Shown here: piece by piece, positions 62,414 through 64,000 of the stretch
Layout of the letters: each line of letters opens with the position of its first letter
Position numbering within the stretch: position 1 is the first letter of the stretch
From: Octopus vulgaris
Lineage: Eukaryota
NCBI GenBank assembly: GCA_951406725.2
Contig: OX597816.1
Span: forward strand, 142,166,001-142,230,000
DNA length: 64,000 nucleotides
Direction: 5' to 3'
Translations under genes and position numbers: made by a program
Notes under the pieces: generated by a model
Database searches by the model: none
Told to the model about the DNA's origin: nothing
What the model saw: the letters and a program-made list of their open reading frames with translations, nothing else

Positions 62414-63809
62414 TATTGCTTTAAATAAAACTCTAATAAAAGTAGGTAGTTTATCACAAGGTATTGTTTATTTGAGTTAGCTGGCCGACATCTTGTTTTA
62501 TCAGATTAGCTTGTTCTACAACACCTACACGTTCTCTTTCTTCTCACTCTTTTCTTCTAATTGATTAGTTGAAAGATGAAAAGTCTTAAGTATAACATGT
62601 TTCTAGAATATAGTTGAAAGGAAATAAAATCTTTCGATCTAACCCTTCCTATAAAATGATGTTTATCAATTGTAAATGCCATGGAATTGGTTTGCTGTGA
62701 GTTTAGGAATATTATCCCCATAAATATATATATATCTTAGATGTATGAAATATTGTTGCTAAGTTTGTTTTGTTTTGTTTTATTTTGTTTTTGTTTCTTC
62801 CTTTTTGTGCTTCAGGTACCAAAACAGATCTCCCTTTCAAAGAACCTCTATTCAATTCTTTGTGTGGTCTTTTTTCTGCATTTAGTAAAGTTCATTCTGT
62901 TTCAAGTATTTGGGATACACTAACCATGATCCTGCCAAGCATACCCTTTTCTTTCTTGCAGATATTGACTTGTAGATATATTCTACTCACAAATATCTGA
63001 TGTAAATCCAGTCAGTCCGAGAGGAACTAGTAATGATCATGACTATTACTACTAAGATAAACTACTACTGTCCCCACTTCTAAAAATTCAGGCAAAATTT
63101 TACATTGATAGGGTTCAAACTAGTAAATTAAAGCTAAAGTGTTATGATTTAAGTGTCTAGTTATTTGTTATCTTTCTATATAGTAAATACTGTGTGTTTG
63201 TCTTGTTTTCTGCCATAGATTTTTATATCATTAAAATGAATTTAAACAGATATTTTAATTTTTTTCTCCATTTGTTGATAACCTGATCAGGTTAATGAAA
63301 TCAATATAATCAACTATATCCAATCAAATTTGAGGTTTTGTGCTTATTTTAAAAATCAGTGTTGGTACAAGTGCACTGATTTAATTTACCTGAAATTAAC
63401 AACTAGTTACAGATTGCCATCAACATGGACCTCACTTTAATCAAGATTCTATGTTTCTACAGCTTCTGCTAGGCTAGTTTCACATTAAATCTAATGTAAC
63501 AACTACACACACACGCATATATATATATTAGTTGTTGAGGATGCAGGCTCAGTTGAAAAGCTGACATATGCATACAAAGTGAATACTGATAAAAGTACAA
63601 AATGACCCCTTCAACGTTTGTGGAAGGTAAGCATTGGAGAATTGTTCTGGTGTTAGGTACAAGGTGAGGTGGCCAGCACTTTTCACTTGCTACTGTCTTT
63701 TTTAAATTATAGCTTGATATTCTTTTTACCTGCTCACAATGTCTAGATGTTAAATAAAGGTTCTCAGAATAATTAATGGATATTATTACAAAGAATATTG
63801 ATTCTCATA

Positions 63810-64000
63810 AGCAGCAAGTTGGCAGAGTTGTTAGAACATCAGATAGAATTCTTTACAGTATTTGTTTTGACATTCAACATTCAAATCCTGCCCAGGTCTA
63901 CTTTGCTTTTTGTTCTTTTGGGATCAGCAAATAAAGTACCAGACCAGGATGGTGGATTGGCAGGATTGTTACATCATCAAAGACAATGCATTGCAGTATC
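63810..64000 (+). mobile_element. Second SINE family, two tandem diverged copies, truncated by window end
   Basis: TTGGCAGAGTTGTTAGAACATCAG...CTTTGCTTTT...AAGTACCAG followed by a new TTGGCAGGATTGTTA head. Confidence 0.65.

Noticed and set aside
62741-63000. Next Nrx-IV exon after strong pyrimidine tracts (62815, 62961)
   Set aside because: Phase-0 translations hit stops and show no LamG features

Overview
AT-rich, repeat-dense animal genomic DNA. The SINE, RTE and microsatellite landscape strongly suggests an octopus or other coleoid cephalopod. The only host gene is on the + strand: five internal coding exons (40815-41005, 48901-49042, 49341-49550, 55880-56058, 60518-60685; 890 nt, GT-AG introns, compatible phases). 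They encode the C-terminal part of a discoidin (F5/8C) domain followed by a laminin-G domain, i.e. a Neurexin IV / CNTNAP (Caspr) homologue. No earlier exon was recognised in the first 40.8 kb, so that stretch is probably one very large intron, and the gene continues past the window end. The remainder is transposable-element material: a young 5'-truncated Naiad-type Penelope-like element (intact GIY-YIG ORF), RTE, CR1-like and R4/Dong-like LINE relics, tRNA-derived SINEs, hAT, pogo/POGK-like, mariner, Academ-like, piggyBac-like and Helitron elements, plus microsatellites. No CRISPR, rRNA or true tRNA genes were seen, and I cannot support a wholly new multi-gene system. The best leads are variant hammerhead-like motifs in TA-targeting repeats, a tail-to-tail SINE hairpin in the pre-mRNA, a perfect 65-bp templated insertion, and a PHD finger inside an RTE ORF. 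All calls are by eye, and TE boundaries are approximate unless terminal repeats are quoted.
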